From: a virus
Length of the DNA: 64,000 nt
Direction: 5' to 3' (one strand)
Virus record (IMG/VR): IMGVR_UViG_3300045971_000385
Coordinates: 1 to 64,000 of that record
Positions within the stretch are counted from its first letter, which is position 1. The number at the start of each line of letters is the position of its first letter. The position numbers and the translations under genes are program-made. Under the pieces are notes generated by a model. That model had not been told where the DNA came from. It saw only the letters and a program-made list of their open reading frames with translations, and did no database searches. Shown here piece by piece: positions 8,788 to 16,833 of this stretch.

Positions 8788-9760
8788 ACTAAAAGGTGGA
8801 TCACTCAGTGCAACATGGCTGTGTGAGTCTCGTAATTTAAAATTTGTTAGGAAATCCGTAAAATTAAATGAGAATAGAGAATATGGATTTATGAGATGGT
8901 ATTCGCAATTAAAAAAGATGCAACGATTATACACTGCACACCCAAAATTGCTTCCTAAAATATTAAAAGTTGCATATCAAGATGATACTGCGTATTTCGA
9001 TATGGAATACTTAGAAGGATTTACAGATGTTAAGAGTCTCTTGAGAGACGATTCACTTTCACCAACTCAGCTTCATCAAATGCATGATGCATTATGGAGA
9101 GCATTTGACACAATACATGCACGCGAAATGGTTCCACTACCATCAAGTATGAGACTGTATTATAAGGAAGAAGTAAAACAGAAACTTGATGACGCAATGC
9201 TCAATAAGGAATTTGCTGAGTTTGCAAACATGCAGTCATTTTATTATATGGGTCAAGAAGTTTTTAATATCAGCAATTATTTAGAACTACTAAATGGATT
9301 TTTAAATTTATCATTAATAGCAACTGAAGAAACGATTCACGGTAATCCCACATTAGAAAATGTTATGTATTCGCCATACGAAAATAGAGTGGTGTTTATC
9401 GATCTTTATGAAGAAAGTATTATTGATTCTAAGTTATTAGATTATGCACAAGTACTCCAATGTTCAAGCAGCAGATATGGAATTATTAATGACGGTGATG
9501 TTTTTATAGATGGAGATAATCAAGATCATTTATATTTAGACCACAATTCTAAAATTTCCGATTCATTGTTAATATTTAATACTTATTTTGTTGGTGAATT
9601 ACACAGACGAAATGTTGATATGAAACTTGTTCGCGCTTTAGAAGCTACGCAATTTATACGAATGTTGCCTTTTAAAATTCTAGCTGGTGATATTGATAAA
9701 GCAAAATTCTTTTATGTTCATGCATGCAAATTATTAGGAGACATTTTTGATGTTGAATGA
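8774..9760 (+). CDS. APH/choline-kinase-fold phosphotransferase (atypical HGN catalytic loop)
   Basis: GGSLS loop, VRK, PKIL, DMEYLEG, IHGNPTLENVMY, VVFID, DYAQVLQ. Confidence 0.7.
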   Translation: MKSTKLKGGSLSATWLCESRNLKFVRKSVKLNENREYGFMRWYSQLKKMQRLYTAHPKLLPKILKVAYQDDTAYFDMEYLEGFTDVKSLLRDDSLSPTQLHQMHDALWRAFDTIHAREMVPLPSSMRLYYKEEVKQKLDDAMLNKEFAEFANMQSFYYMGQEVFNISNYLELLNGFLNLSLIATEETIHGNPTLENVMYSPYENRVVFIDLYEESIIDSKLLDYAQVLQCSSSRYGIINDGDVFIDGDNQDHLYLDHNSKISDSLLIFNTYFVGELHRRNVDMKLVRALEATQFIRMLPFKILAGDIDKAKFFYVHACKLLGDIFDVE

Positions 9761-10889
9761 AATAAACAATTTTAAGAAGACATGGAATGTCAAAGCAGAA
9801 TTGCCTATTGAATTTAATGTTCAATATTCCAGCAATATTTTTAATACCAATAACCATGACTTGATAAGCTATGGGGATTCCGCACGCCGCATTGTTGTCA
9901 TAGATAAAAATGTGTATGACTTATATGGCAATCAAATGGAGACATACTTCTCAACATTGAAAGTTGAACTACTTCTTTATGTTGTAGATGTATCTGAGGA
10001 AACAAAGAACTGGGAAAATACAGATAACATACTTAAATTTTTCGAGAAGAGCGGAATTTTAAGAAGGGCTGAACCAGTAATAGCAATTGGTGGTGGCGTA
10101 TTATTGGATCTTGTTGGTTTTTGCGCTAGCATTTATCGACGAGGAATTCCATACATAAAAATTCCAACAACATTATTATCTATTGTTGATGCATCAGTCG
10201 GCGTAAAGGTCGGTGCTAATCATTTGGGCAGGCGTAATAGAATTGGTGCATACTATCCGCCAATAGTTTCTTTATTAGATAAAAAGTTTATCAATACTCA
10301 AAACACTAGAGAGATTGTTAATGGTATTGCTGAAATTTTTAAACTTGCTCTTATTAAAGATGCTGAATTGTTTTCATTGTTGGAAGAAAATTATGAACAG
10401 CTAATTCAAGAGAAGTTTCAATATGGTGCTGTGCCAGTTAGAGTTATTAATCTTGCTATTAATGGAATGATTGAAGAGCTTGCTCCTAATTTATGGGAGA
10501 AGAAGTTAGATAGATGTGTCGACTTCGGACATTCATTCAGTCCAGTAATTGAAATGAAAAATGTAACAGAATTATGTCATGGAGAAGCTGTAGTATTAGA
10601 TTGTTTACTGAGCTCGTGTATAGCATATTCAAAGCAATTCATAACCATTAATACACTACAGCGAATTTTTGATACTGCTAAGAATCTACAGCTTCAAACA
10701 TATCATGAAGATTTTACTAACTTTGATCTGCTAAAGTCAGCTTTATCTGATACCATGAAACATAGAAATAATAATCAATATCTTCCATTGCCTATTGGTA
10801 TAGGCAATTATGTAATCGCTAATGATGTTACAGATAAACAAATTTTAGAAGGCATACATTACTACAAAGGAATGAATAATGTCCAGTAA
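9750..10889 (+). CDS. sedoheptulose 7-phosphate cyclase, 2-epi-5-epi-valiolone synthase (EEVS) type
   Basis: DHQS-superfamily GGGVLLD, YRRGIP, PTTLL..VDASVG; EEVS-type MIEELAPNLWE and RCVDFGH; HGEAV; KHR. ATG at 9750 after AGGAG. Confidence 0.85.
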   Translation: MLNEINNFKKTWNVKAELPIEFNVQYSSNIFNTNNHDLISYGDSARRIVVIDKNVYDLYGNQMETYFSTLKVELLLYVVDVSEETKNWENTDNILKFFEKSGILRRAEPVIAIGGGVLLDLVGFCASIYRRGIPYIKIPTTLLSIVDASVGVKVGANHLGRRNRIGAYYPPIVSLLDKKFINTQNTREIVNGIAEIFKLALIKDAELFSLLEENYEQLIQEKFQYGAVPVRVINLAINGMIEELAPNLWEKKLDRCVDFGHSFSPVIEMKNVTELCHGEAVVLDCLLSSCIAYSKQFITINTLQRIFDTAKNLQLQTYHEDFTNFDLLKSALSDTMKHRNNNQYLPLPIGIGNYVIANDVTDKQILEGIHYYKGMNNVQ

Positions 10890-11556
10890 ATTAGCAGTAG
10901 TAACTGGTGCAAGCCGCGGGGTTGGATATGCTGTAGCAGAAAGTCTATTAAAGCAAGGCTGGATTGTTATAGGCTTATCTAGAAGCCCATGCCATCTTGA
11001 TATAGAATATCCTAAGTTTGTTCCAATTCAATGCAACATAACAGAAAAGACAGATGTGAAGCGTGCATTTATGAAACTAGAAAATGCTAAAATAGATCTT
11101 CTAGTAAATTGTGCATCAATTTTTAATATGCAACCATTTGGGGTATCTGCAGATACGCACAGTATCATTAATACAAACGTAATTGGAACTATTGATGTGA
11201 CTGGTGAAGCTCTATCATTAATGAATACTAATAGCAGAATAATCTTCATCAATTCTGTTGCGGGTTTAGAAGAGCTAGAAAATCAAGCTTTGTATTGCGC
11301 ATCTAAGTGGGCAATAACAGGTTTTGCAGGTGTTCTGGGTAAAGAACTCAGATCTAAAAAAATTAAAGTAACAAGCATTCATCCAGGTGGAATTAATACT
11401 TCTTTATGGAATGAAGGAAATCCATATCCAGTGGGAGATGTTACTAAAGCACTTCAAACTTCGGATATAGTGGATGCAATAAATTATATCCTGTCATGTC
11501 CTGACTATGTTGAAGTTAAAACTCTTAAATTATTTCCCGATATTGAGTGGCATTAA
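10879..11556 (+). CDS. short-chain dehydrogenase/reductase (classical SDR)
   Basis: TGASRGVG, NS, YCASK, HPGGINT. Confidence 0.9.
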   Translation: MSSKLAVVTGASRGVGYAVAESLLKQGWIVIGLSRSPCHLDIEYPKFVPIQCNITEKTDVKRAFMKLENAKIDLLVNCASIFNMQPFGVSADTHSIINTNVIGTIDVTGEALSLMNTNSRIIFINSVAGLEELENQALYCASKWAITGFAGVLGKELRSKKIKVTSIHPGGINTSLWNEGNPYPVGDVTKALQTSDIVDAINYILSCPDYVEVKTLKLFPDIEWH

Positions 11557-11559
11557 TAG

Positions 11560-11588
11560 TTTACTTCTAATGCCATACATTATATAAT
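11560..11588 (+). promoter_or_regulatory. early-type promoter, probably giving a leaderless mRNA
   Basis: TTTACT(11560-65)-17 bp-TATAAT(11583-88); ATG at 11594. Confidence 0.65.
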
Positions 11589-11593
11589 TAAAT

Positions 11594-12151
11594 ATGACAA
11601 TATTTTTCACATCAGATCTCCATTACCACCACAAGAATGTAATTCGTTTTTGCAATCGCCCATATTCTTCTGTTGAGGAAATGAATAAGGCTTTAATCGA
11701 CAATCATAATAAAGTTGTCGGTCATGATGACACAACTTATTTCTTAGGTGACTTATTTTTCTGTCAAATGGGAGAAGCAATTTCAATCATGAGCAGACTG
11801 AACGGTAAGAAGAGATTAATCCTTGGCAATCATGACAAGGTTATTCGAAATAATAAATTATTACAAAATCAATTTGAAATAATCTATCAAGATTTATATC
11901 AAGAAACTATTGATGGGATACATGTCGTGATGTGTCACTATCCATTACTATCTTGGAATAAAGCATCTCATGGGGCATTCATGCTATATGGACATGCGCA
12001 TAATAATATTCCATTTGATCCTCTATATCGAAGATTGGATATCGGAGTAGATGCACAAAATTATGCACCTATATCGTGGGAAGAAATAAAGCGTAAGCTT
12101 GAAAAAGTCACTCCTAAAGATTCTCGTGGAAGAGAATCAGGAGAGTATTGA
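11594..12151 (+). CDS. calcineurin-like metallophosphoesterase
   Basis: SDLH, LGD, GNHD, HYP, GHAH motifs. Confidence 0.9.
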   Translation: MTIFFTSDLHYHHKNVIRFCNRPYSSVEEMNKALIDNHNKVVGHDDTTYFLGDLFFCQMGEAISIMSRLNGKKRLILGNHDKVIRNNKLLQNQFEIIYQDLYQETIDGIHVVMCHYPLLSWNKASHGAFMLYGHAHNNIPFDPLYRRLDIGVDAQNYAPISWEEIKRKLEKVTPKDSRGRESGEY

Positions 12152-12550
12152 ATCCAAATTACTAAAGAATGTTTGCGTTTTAGAATGCAAGTTATCTGGG
12201 AGATCAGTTAGCTTGTAATTTTTAACTGCACTAATTTCAGATGACGGTAATACTTTATCAGATCCAGATATTTTAGCACTAAAATAAGTTGCTGTTCCAA
12301 TCTCAGCTATCTGCTTTAAAGAAGAAGGATCAATTTTATATCCCGTTTCTTCTTCTAATTCTCTAACTGCTGCATCTTTAGCAGACTCACCAATATCAAC
12401 ATGCCCACCGAAAAAATTCCATTGATTTGGATTATTTGATGATGGTGATCTCTTACCTAGAATAATCTTATTTCCATTATGGAGAATAACCCATGCAGTA
12501 TTCTTAGTTCTATTTGGTGTAGCTTTCTCAAAGAGTTCTTGTAATTTCAT
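12137..12550 (-). CDS. Nudix hydrolase with MKLQELFE N-terminus
   Basis: Nudix box GHVDIGESAKDAAVRELEEETG. Confidence 0.9.
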   Translation of the reverse strand: MKLQELFEKATPNRTKNTAWVILHNGNKIILGKRSPSSNNPNQWNFFGGHVDIGESAKDAAVRELEEETGYKIDPSSLKQIAEIGTATYFSAKISGSDKVLPSSEISAVKNYKLTDLPDNLHSKTQTFFSNLDSILS

Positions 12551-12984
12551 TTTGTGTTAAATATCCTATATTTTGATGGCAGATGTCCAGAAGGAACATT
12601 TCCCCAGAGCCAAAGTGATTTTAATTTTGCTGTTGGAACTGGATTTCCTTTACCATCCATTTTGTAAAGTTCACCATCATTCTTTAATACTTTAGAGACG
12701 TGGGCTATCTGTCTGTACATCCAATTTACTTCTTCAGTTGACCATTCGCCCAGAGGTTTGGCTCTCATTCTTAAAATATTTCTAAGAGCTCCTTTATGTG
12801 GTTTTGAACCGATCTTCTTCTTAACATCCTTCTTTGATAATCCAGTGCTCTTGCCTTCACCTTGATCTAAAAATGAATGCACTGTTGTGCTCGACATATT
12901 AATGAGCTTCTTCCATCTATTATAATCAGTGCGCAACTGTAATGGATCTTTTTTAGCTTCAGTTAAAAGTTCGTATACTTTCAT
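12547..12984 (-). CDS. DUF3140-like protein with MKVYELLTE N-terminus
   Basis: INMS...FL...G...ILR...W...M...H...SLWLWGNVP resembles the recalled DUF3140 pattern (VNM...SLxNWGHDP). Confidence 0.55.
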   Translation of the reverse strand: MKVYELLTEAKKDPLQLRTDYNRWKKLINMSSTTVHSFLDQGEGKSTGLSKKDVKKKIGSKPHKGALRNILRMRAKPLGEWSTEEVNWMYRQIAHVSKVLKNDGELYKMDGKGNPVPTAKLKSLWLWGNVPSGHLPSKYRIFNTK

Positions 12985-13721
12985 TTTATTTCTATCCCAA
13001 GTAATTCTAAAACTTCTATCATAAATTCATGATCTTTATCTTCCGAGTGAGCCCAAGGACGGACATATTTTAATCCAATATAACCAGAACCCGTTATAAG
13101 AATATCTTCATATCTCAAGTCAATAACTTGTGCAAGATTATCAGCATCATTAAATCTTTTTGGTTCAAGGCGTTTTAAAGCTCCAGCGGTAATAGATATT
13201 TTTTCATCCATATCATCAGTTTTATCTATTACTTTTTTAATTTTATCAAGATAATTATAAACATAATCATCTTTTACATTTTCAAATATAGTAGCATCCC
13301 AACCATCTTTTACGAATATAATATATGAGTTACCCCAGTCACGAGCAGTAGATTCACTAGTTGTGCAGAAAATAGAATTGCCTCTTTTGGCTTTTAATTC
13401 TAACGTATCCATAGCAGCATCAATTATTTTCTGAAAATCTTGATTAAGAAAGACTGGTTTTCTATCCGGTCTAATATCTGCTGTTATTAAAAGTTGTCCA
13501 TATCCTTTTATTTTTTCAGACTCCTTTACCCCGCGATAAATAAATTCTCCAGTTTCTTGGTATGCTTCTACAAATTTAGAACAATGACTTTCAATTAAAT
13601 CAGCTGCATGCTGAGCAGATTGAACTGCCTCGGCATTAAGCGATTTTTTCGGTTCAGTCAATGACCTAGCTTTAAATTTATCAACAGTTTTAAATTTATC
13701 TAGAATTTCGAATACTTTCAT
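12981..13721 (-). CDS. hypothetical protein with MKVFEILD N-terminus; possible ADP-ribosyltransferase-like fold
   Basis: FIYRG ... NSIFCTTS...A..WG..YIIF. Confidence 0.6.
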   Translation of the reverse strand: MKVFEILDKFKTVDKFKARSLTEPKKSLNAEAVQSAQHAADLIESHCSKFVEAYQETGEFIYRGVKESEKIKGYGQLLITADIRPDRKPVFLNQDFQKIIDAAMDTLELKAKRGNSIFCTTSESTARDWGNSYIIFVKDGWDATIFENVKDDYVYNYLDKIKKVIDKTDDMDEKISITAGALKRLEPKRFNDADNLAQVIDLRYEDILITGSGYIGLKYVRPWAHSEDKDHEFMIEVLELLGIEIK

Positions 13722-13738
13722 TATATCTCGCTCGATAA

Positions 13739-14122
13739 TTATTTAACAAATTTCTTAAATGAATCTGGTAGTCTATTATTTTCATTCTTAAATGGCAATT
13801 CTATTTCCAGCATATCATCTCTAGTAAATTTTATTTTACTTGGGTCTACAATATCCGATAGAATAGGGAGCTTTTTGACTTCCTGTCTTATTACTGTTTT
13901 TACTTTCTCTTTTAGATTAGATGACATTGGATCTGTAGTACCATAAAACCATAATAGCGGATGCAATGAAAGTTTTGAATAATCAAAATCGGTTCTAAAC
14001 CAATCTGGTTCAAGTTTGACTAGTCTATCAAGAACATTCTGTCCTAATTCGATTATTGCTTGCGAAATTTGCTTTTCGTTTGCTGCTTCATTAGCACTTT
14101 CGATTAATTCGTAGATTTTCAT
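13739..14122 (-). CDS. hypothetical protein with MKIYELIE N-terminus
   Basis: AGGA RBS on minus strand; late promoter upstream. Confidence 0.75.
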   Translation of the reverse strand: MKIYELIESANEAANEKQISQAIIELGQNVLDRLVKLEPDWFRTDFDYSKLSLHPLLWFYGTTDPMSSNLKEKVKTVIRQEVKKLPILSDIVDPSKIKFTRDDMLEIELPFKNENNRLPDSFKKFVK

Positions 14123-14168
14123 TATCTTCCTAATAATAGTTATATAAGTATTAACTTAATTGATTAAA

Positions 14169-14176
14169 TATTTATA
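14169..14176 (-). promoter_or_regulatory. T4-type late promoter TATAAATA
   Basis: TATTTATA on +, upstream of the four-gene minus-strand operon. Confidence 0.7.
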
Positions 14177-14196
14177 GGATTGTTACACTTTAACTG

Positions 14197-14244
14197 TGTA
14201 CTTGTCCTGACAAGTATGATATAATAACTTATAAATTGATTAAA
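14197..14244 (+). promoter_or_regulatory. early promoter, repeated family, with palindromic spacer
   Basis: TGTACT(14197-202)-17 bp-TATAAT(14220-25); TACTTGTC-CT-GACAAGTA at 14199-14216; TGTTACA at 14181. Confidence 0.85.
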
Positions 14245-14257
14245 CGAGGTAATTAAA

Positions 14258-14335
14258 ATGCATTCTGCTTTATTTTTAATTTTCTGGTCTGCTTGGATGT
14301 TACTTGCAATATTTGCTTTTGTAAAATTATCATGA
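14258..14335 (+). CDS. 25-aa hydrophobic peptide MHSALFLIFWSAWMLLAIFAFVKLS
   Basis: GAGG RBS; ATGA-coupled to next ORF. Confidence 0.6.
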   Translation: MHSALFLIFWSAWMLLAIFAFVKLS

Positions 14336-14583
14336 AAACACTTGATGTCATGTCAGATAAAATGCAGGAATATCCTTATGTTGTGTATTGGATATCGGTT
14401 TTTGATGGTTCAGTTACAGATAGAGGTCACACAACTTCAGCATTGAAATCCGATTTTTCTGCATTTGCTACTTATCAAGAAGCAGATAAGTTTAAAATAA
14501 AAATGGAAGAATTGAAGGAAATTAAAGCAACGTACAGAAGTAGAGTTGTTTTTCAAGTCTCTCAAATAGAAAGTATAAAATGA
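14332..14583 (+). CDS. hypothetical protein
   Basis: ATG at 14332 overlapping the upstream TGA, preferred over TTG 14293. Confidence 0.65.
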   Translation: MKTLDVMSDKMQEYPYVVYWISVFDGSVTDRGHTTSALKSDFSAFATYQEADKFKIKMEELKEIKATYRSRVVFQVSQIESIK

Positions 14584-15077
14584 TTAAAACTCCGTATCTC
14601 ATCCAGCGCGGCACCATTCGTACTCCAATGGATTTAAATTCTCGGTTATCTCAAGCTGTTAATTTTGATTACATGGGTTCAGCTGAATTTGAATGGGGCG
14701 CTTTGCCTAAATCATTCCGTGAAATTGAAAAGAATGCAGATAATTTTATCTGCAGATATGTTACGGATATCAACGATCAAGGTGGAAATGTTCTTAAGGT
14801 TTGGTCTTATTTTAGTGACATCGAATTTGCTAAATATGAAGTCTATTTAAAAACGTTGCGAAATCCATCAAGCGTTAAATCTGAAGAAAGAATTCATACT
14901 AAAGAATATACTGGTTTTGAATCTGGTGCAGCACAATTTAGAAATGAAAGAACTAATTTTTGGTGGGATATTGAAAATCAAATTATGTTTGGCTTTGATC
15001 AAGATTTTATGCCAAAAGTTGCACACTTTGTAGCTAACAGCTTAGACTATATGAATGAGCAGAAAGCAAATCAATAA
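14580..15077 (+). CDS. hypothetical phage protein (DYMGSAEFEWG motif)
   Basis: ATGA-coupled ORF. Confidence 0.75.
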   Translation: MIKTPYLIQRGTIRTPMDLNSRLSQAVNFDYMGSAEFEWGALPKSFREIEKNADNFICRYVTDINDQGGNVLKVWSYFSDIEFAKYEVYLKTLRNPSSVKSEERIHTKEYTGFESGAAQFRNERTNFWWDIENQIMFGFDQDFMPKVAHFVANSLDYMNEQKANQ

Positions 15078-15295
15078 TGGAACTTCTCCAAGAGACTAGT
15101 GAATGGAGTACTTATACTCCTAATCACATTTATATTTTTGATGGCAGTACTACAAAAATTGCCGGCTATATTAAACTTGGAACTTTAACAGCAGTTCGGT
15201 TTTCTAAGCCAATGGTTTTTAATAAGCGCTACAGAACATTTTGCAAAATCAAGCCAAAAGGTTTTGATTTATCAGCATTCAAAACGAAAGAATAA
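15077..15295 (+). CDS. hypothetical protein
   Basis: TAATG-coupled ORF. Confidence 0.7.
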   Translation: MELLQETSEWSTYTPNHIYIFDGSTTKIAGYIKLGTLTAVRFSKPMVFNKRYRTFCKIKPKGFDLSAFKTKE

Positions 15296-15296
15296 T

Positions 15297-15512
15297 ATGT
15301 CTGAATTCAAAGATATTGTTGGCAATACTATCAAACTTGGTGATGTCGTTGCCACCAATCATGTTCATTATCGTGATCGTTTATTTCTGTGCACTGTTAT
15401 AGGTTTCACTGCTCAGAAAATTAAACTTTTACCTGCTCAAGGTCAACATTCTTGGGGTAATGATGCCACATTAAGAACACCAGAGCAATGTATTGTAACT
15501 AAGAAAGATTAA
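15297..15512 (+). CDS. hypothetical protein (SH3-like small beta domain possible)
   Basis: ATG at 15297; KDIVGNTIKLGDVV. Confidence 0.65.
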   Translation: MSEFKDIVGNTIKLGDVVATNHVHYRDRLFLCTVIGFTAQKIKLLPAQGQHSWGNDATLRTPEQCIVTKKD

Positions 15513-15513
15513 T

Positions 15514-15972
15514 ATGACGACTCCTACATTCAAACGCGGAACTTTATTGGCTTCAATGCTCGTACTTGCTACTAACAGTCATGCTGGTCAATTCGATAAA
15601 GGCGGTGCGCCATACATTCTCCACCCGCTGAAAGTTATGTATTTGTTAAAATCTACAGATGAAGAACTTATGTGCATTGCTTTGGGCCATGATATTGTAG
15701 AAGATTGCGGAGTTACATGGGAAGATCTGCGGGCTGTTGGTATGACTGAGCGTGTTGTTGAAGGCATTCGATGCATGACTAAAATCCCCGGAGAAACATA
15801 TGACGAATATAAAGCCAAAGTTAAGTCTAACCCAGATTCTATCAAAGTTAAAAAATGCGATCTTCGTCATAACACTGATCTTCGTCGGCTAAAAGGTGTA
15901 ACAGCAAAAGATATGGCCCGCATAGAAAAGTATTCAAATTTCTATGTTGAATTAAACTCTTTAGAAGGTTAA
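15514..15972 (+). CDS. HD-domain small alarmone hydrolase-like protein (SpoT/Mesh1-like)
   Basis: HAGQFDKGGAPYILHP, GHDIVED, KKCDLRHN. Confidence 0.8.
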   Translation: MTTPTFKRGTLLASMLVLATNSHAGQFDKGGAPYILHPLKVMYLLKSTDEELMCIALGHDIVEDCGVTWEDLRAVGMTERVVEGIRCMTKIPGETYDEYKAKVKSNPDSIKVKKCDLRHNTDLRRLKGVTAKDMARIEKYSNFYVELNSLEG

Positions 15973-15976
15973 GATT

Positions 15977-16234
15977 ATGTTCGCATTTAGAGAAGTTATG
16001 ATTATGGATATTTGCAGCATGATTGGAAACCCAGAACAAAAGCTAGCTAATAGTATGCGCTGGAAAAAGGTTGCCCATTGGTTAGCAGATAGAATGATTT
16101 CTGCACAGCCAAAAAATAAACTAGCAACAATGCTTACACTTCAGCATTTTATAAACGAACAAGAATTATTTTCAGATGAATCAATCTATGCGTTGTTCGG
16201 ATTAGTTCACACACAATATTGCAAACAAATGTAA
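15977..16234 (+). CDS. hypothetical protein
   Basis: ORF in operon. Confidence 0.6.
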   Translation: MFAFREVMIMDICSMIGNPEQKLANSMRWKKVAHWLADRMISAQPKNKLATMLTLQHFINEQELFSDESIYALFGLVHTQYCKQM

Positions 16235-16243
16235 GGAAGAAAA

Positions 16244-16771
16244 ATGGAAACAATTAAAGTTATTGAATATGTAAAATCTCCAAAAGTATCTACTTACGGT
16301 TATGTATTGCCTGGGATTGAAAGTGTCACACGGACTTATGATGTCTATTATTATGATGACATAAATGCTCTTGAGTGTGCGCTGAAAGCTATACCTGAGA
16401 TTCAAAAATCATTTGACACTCTATCCCGCGAATACAAAATGCTCCTTGAATATGTTACGATCAGTTATGCTGATTGGACAGAGAAATACAACAGTATTCC
16501 TGCTTGGCGCCGGTGGATTGCAGTAAAAGCCCCATTAGTTGAGGATTATGAACCTCTAAAAGAAGCTAAATTCAAAATGACATTGATTGGTACTTTGTTA
16601 ACTGAAGCTAGTGATTTAAAATATCGTGTTGATAATATTCAGATTTATACTAAACCCGATTCAAAGCCAGCCCCGACTGAAAAATTTAAATTTGAAGATC
16701 ATGCAGATTTAGTAGATCGTCTTAATAAATTCAGACATCTTGGTGTAGATTTCTTCTTTACTGGTATGTGA
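16244..16771 (+). CDS. hypothetical protein
   Basis: AAGGA RBS. Confidence 0.75.
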   Translation: METIKVIEYVKSPKVSTYGYVLPGIESVTRTYDVYYYDDINALECALKAIPEIQKSFDTLSREYKMLLEYVTISYADWTEKYNSIPAWRRWIAVKAPLVEDYEPLKEAKFKMTLIGTLLTEASDLKYRVDNIQIYTKPDSKPAPTEKFKFEDHADLVDRLNKFRHLGVDFFFTGM

Positions 16772-16772
16772 G

Positions 16773-16801
16773 TTTACATCAGGTCGTAAGTATGTTATAA
16801 T
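16773..16801 (+). promoter_or_regulatory. early-type promoter for topoisomerase
   Basis: GTTTACA; TTTACA(16773-78)-17 bp-TATAAT(16796-801), TCAGG in spacer. Confidence 0.8.
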
Positions 16802-16833
16802 TATCATACAACATCAATACAATAGGCAAACTA

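Noticed and set aside
9750-10889. Annotation as 3-dehydroquinate synthase (aroB) or as MAA-pathway DDGS
   Set aside because: Signature reads MIEELAPNLWE/RCVDFGH (EEVS type); no shikimate genes and no O-methyltransferase or ATP-grasp neighbours
8059-11556. Gadusol sunscreen pathway
   Set aside because: Gadusol needs EEVS plus MT-Ox; the neighbours here are a nucleotidyltransferase, kinase and SDR, pointing to NDP activation. Not excluded if MT-Ox is elsewhere in the genome
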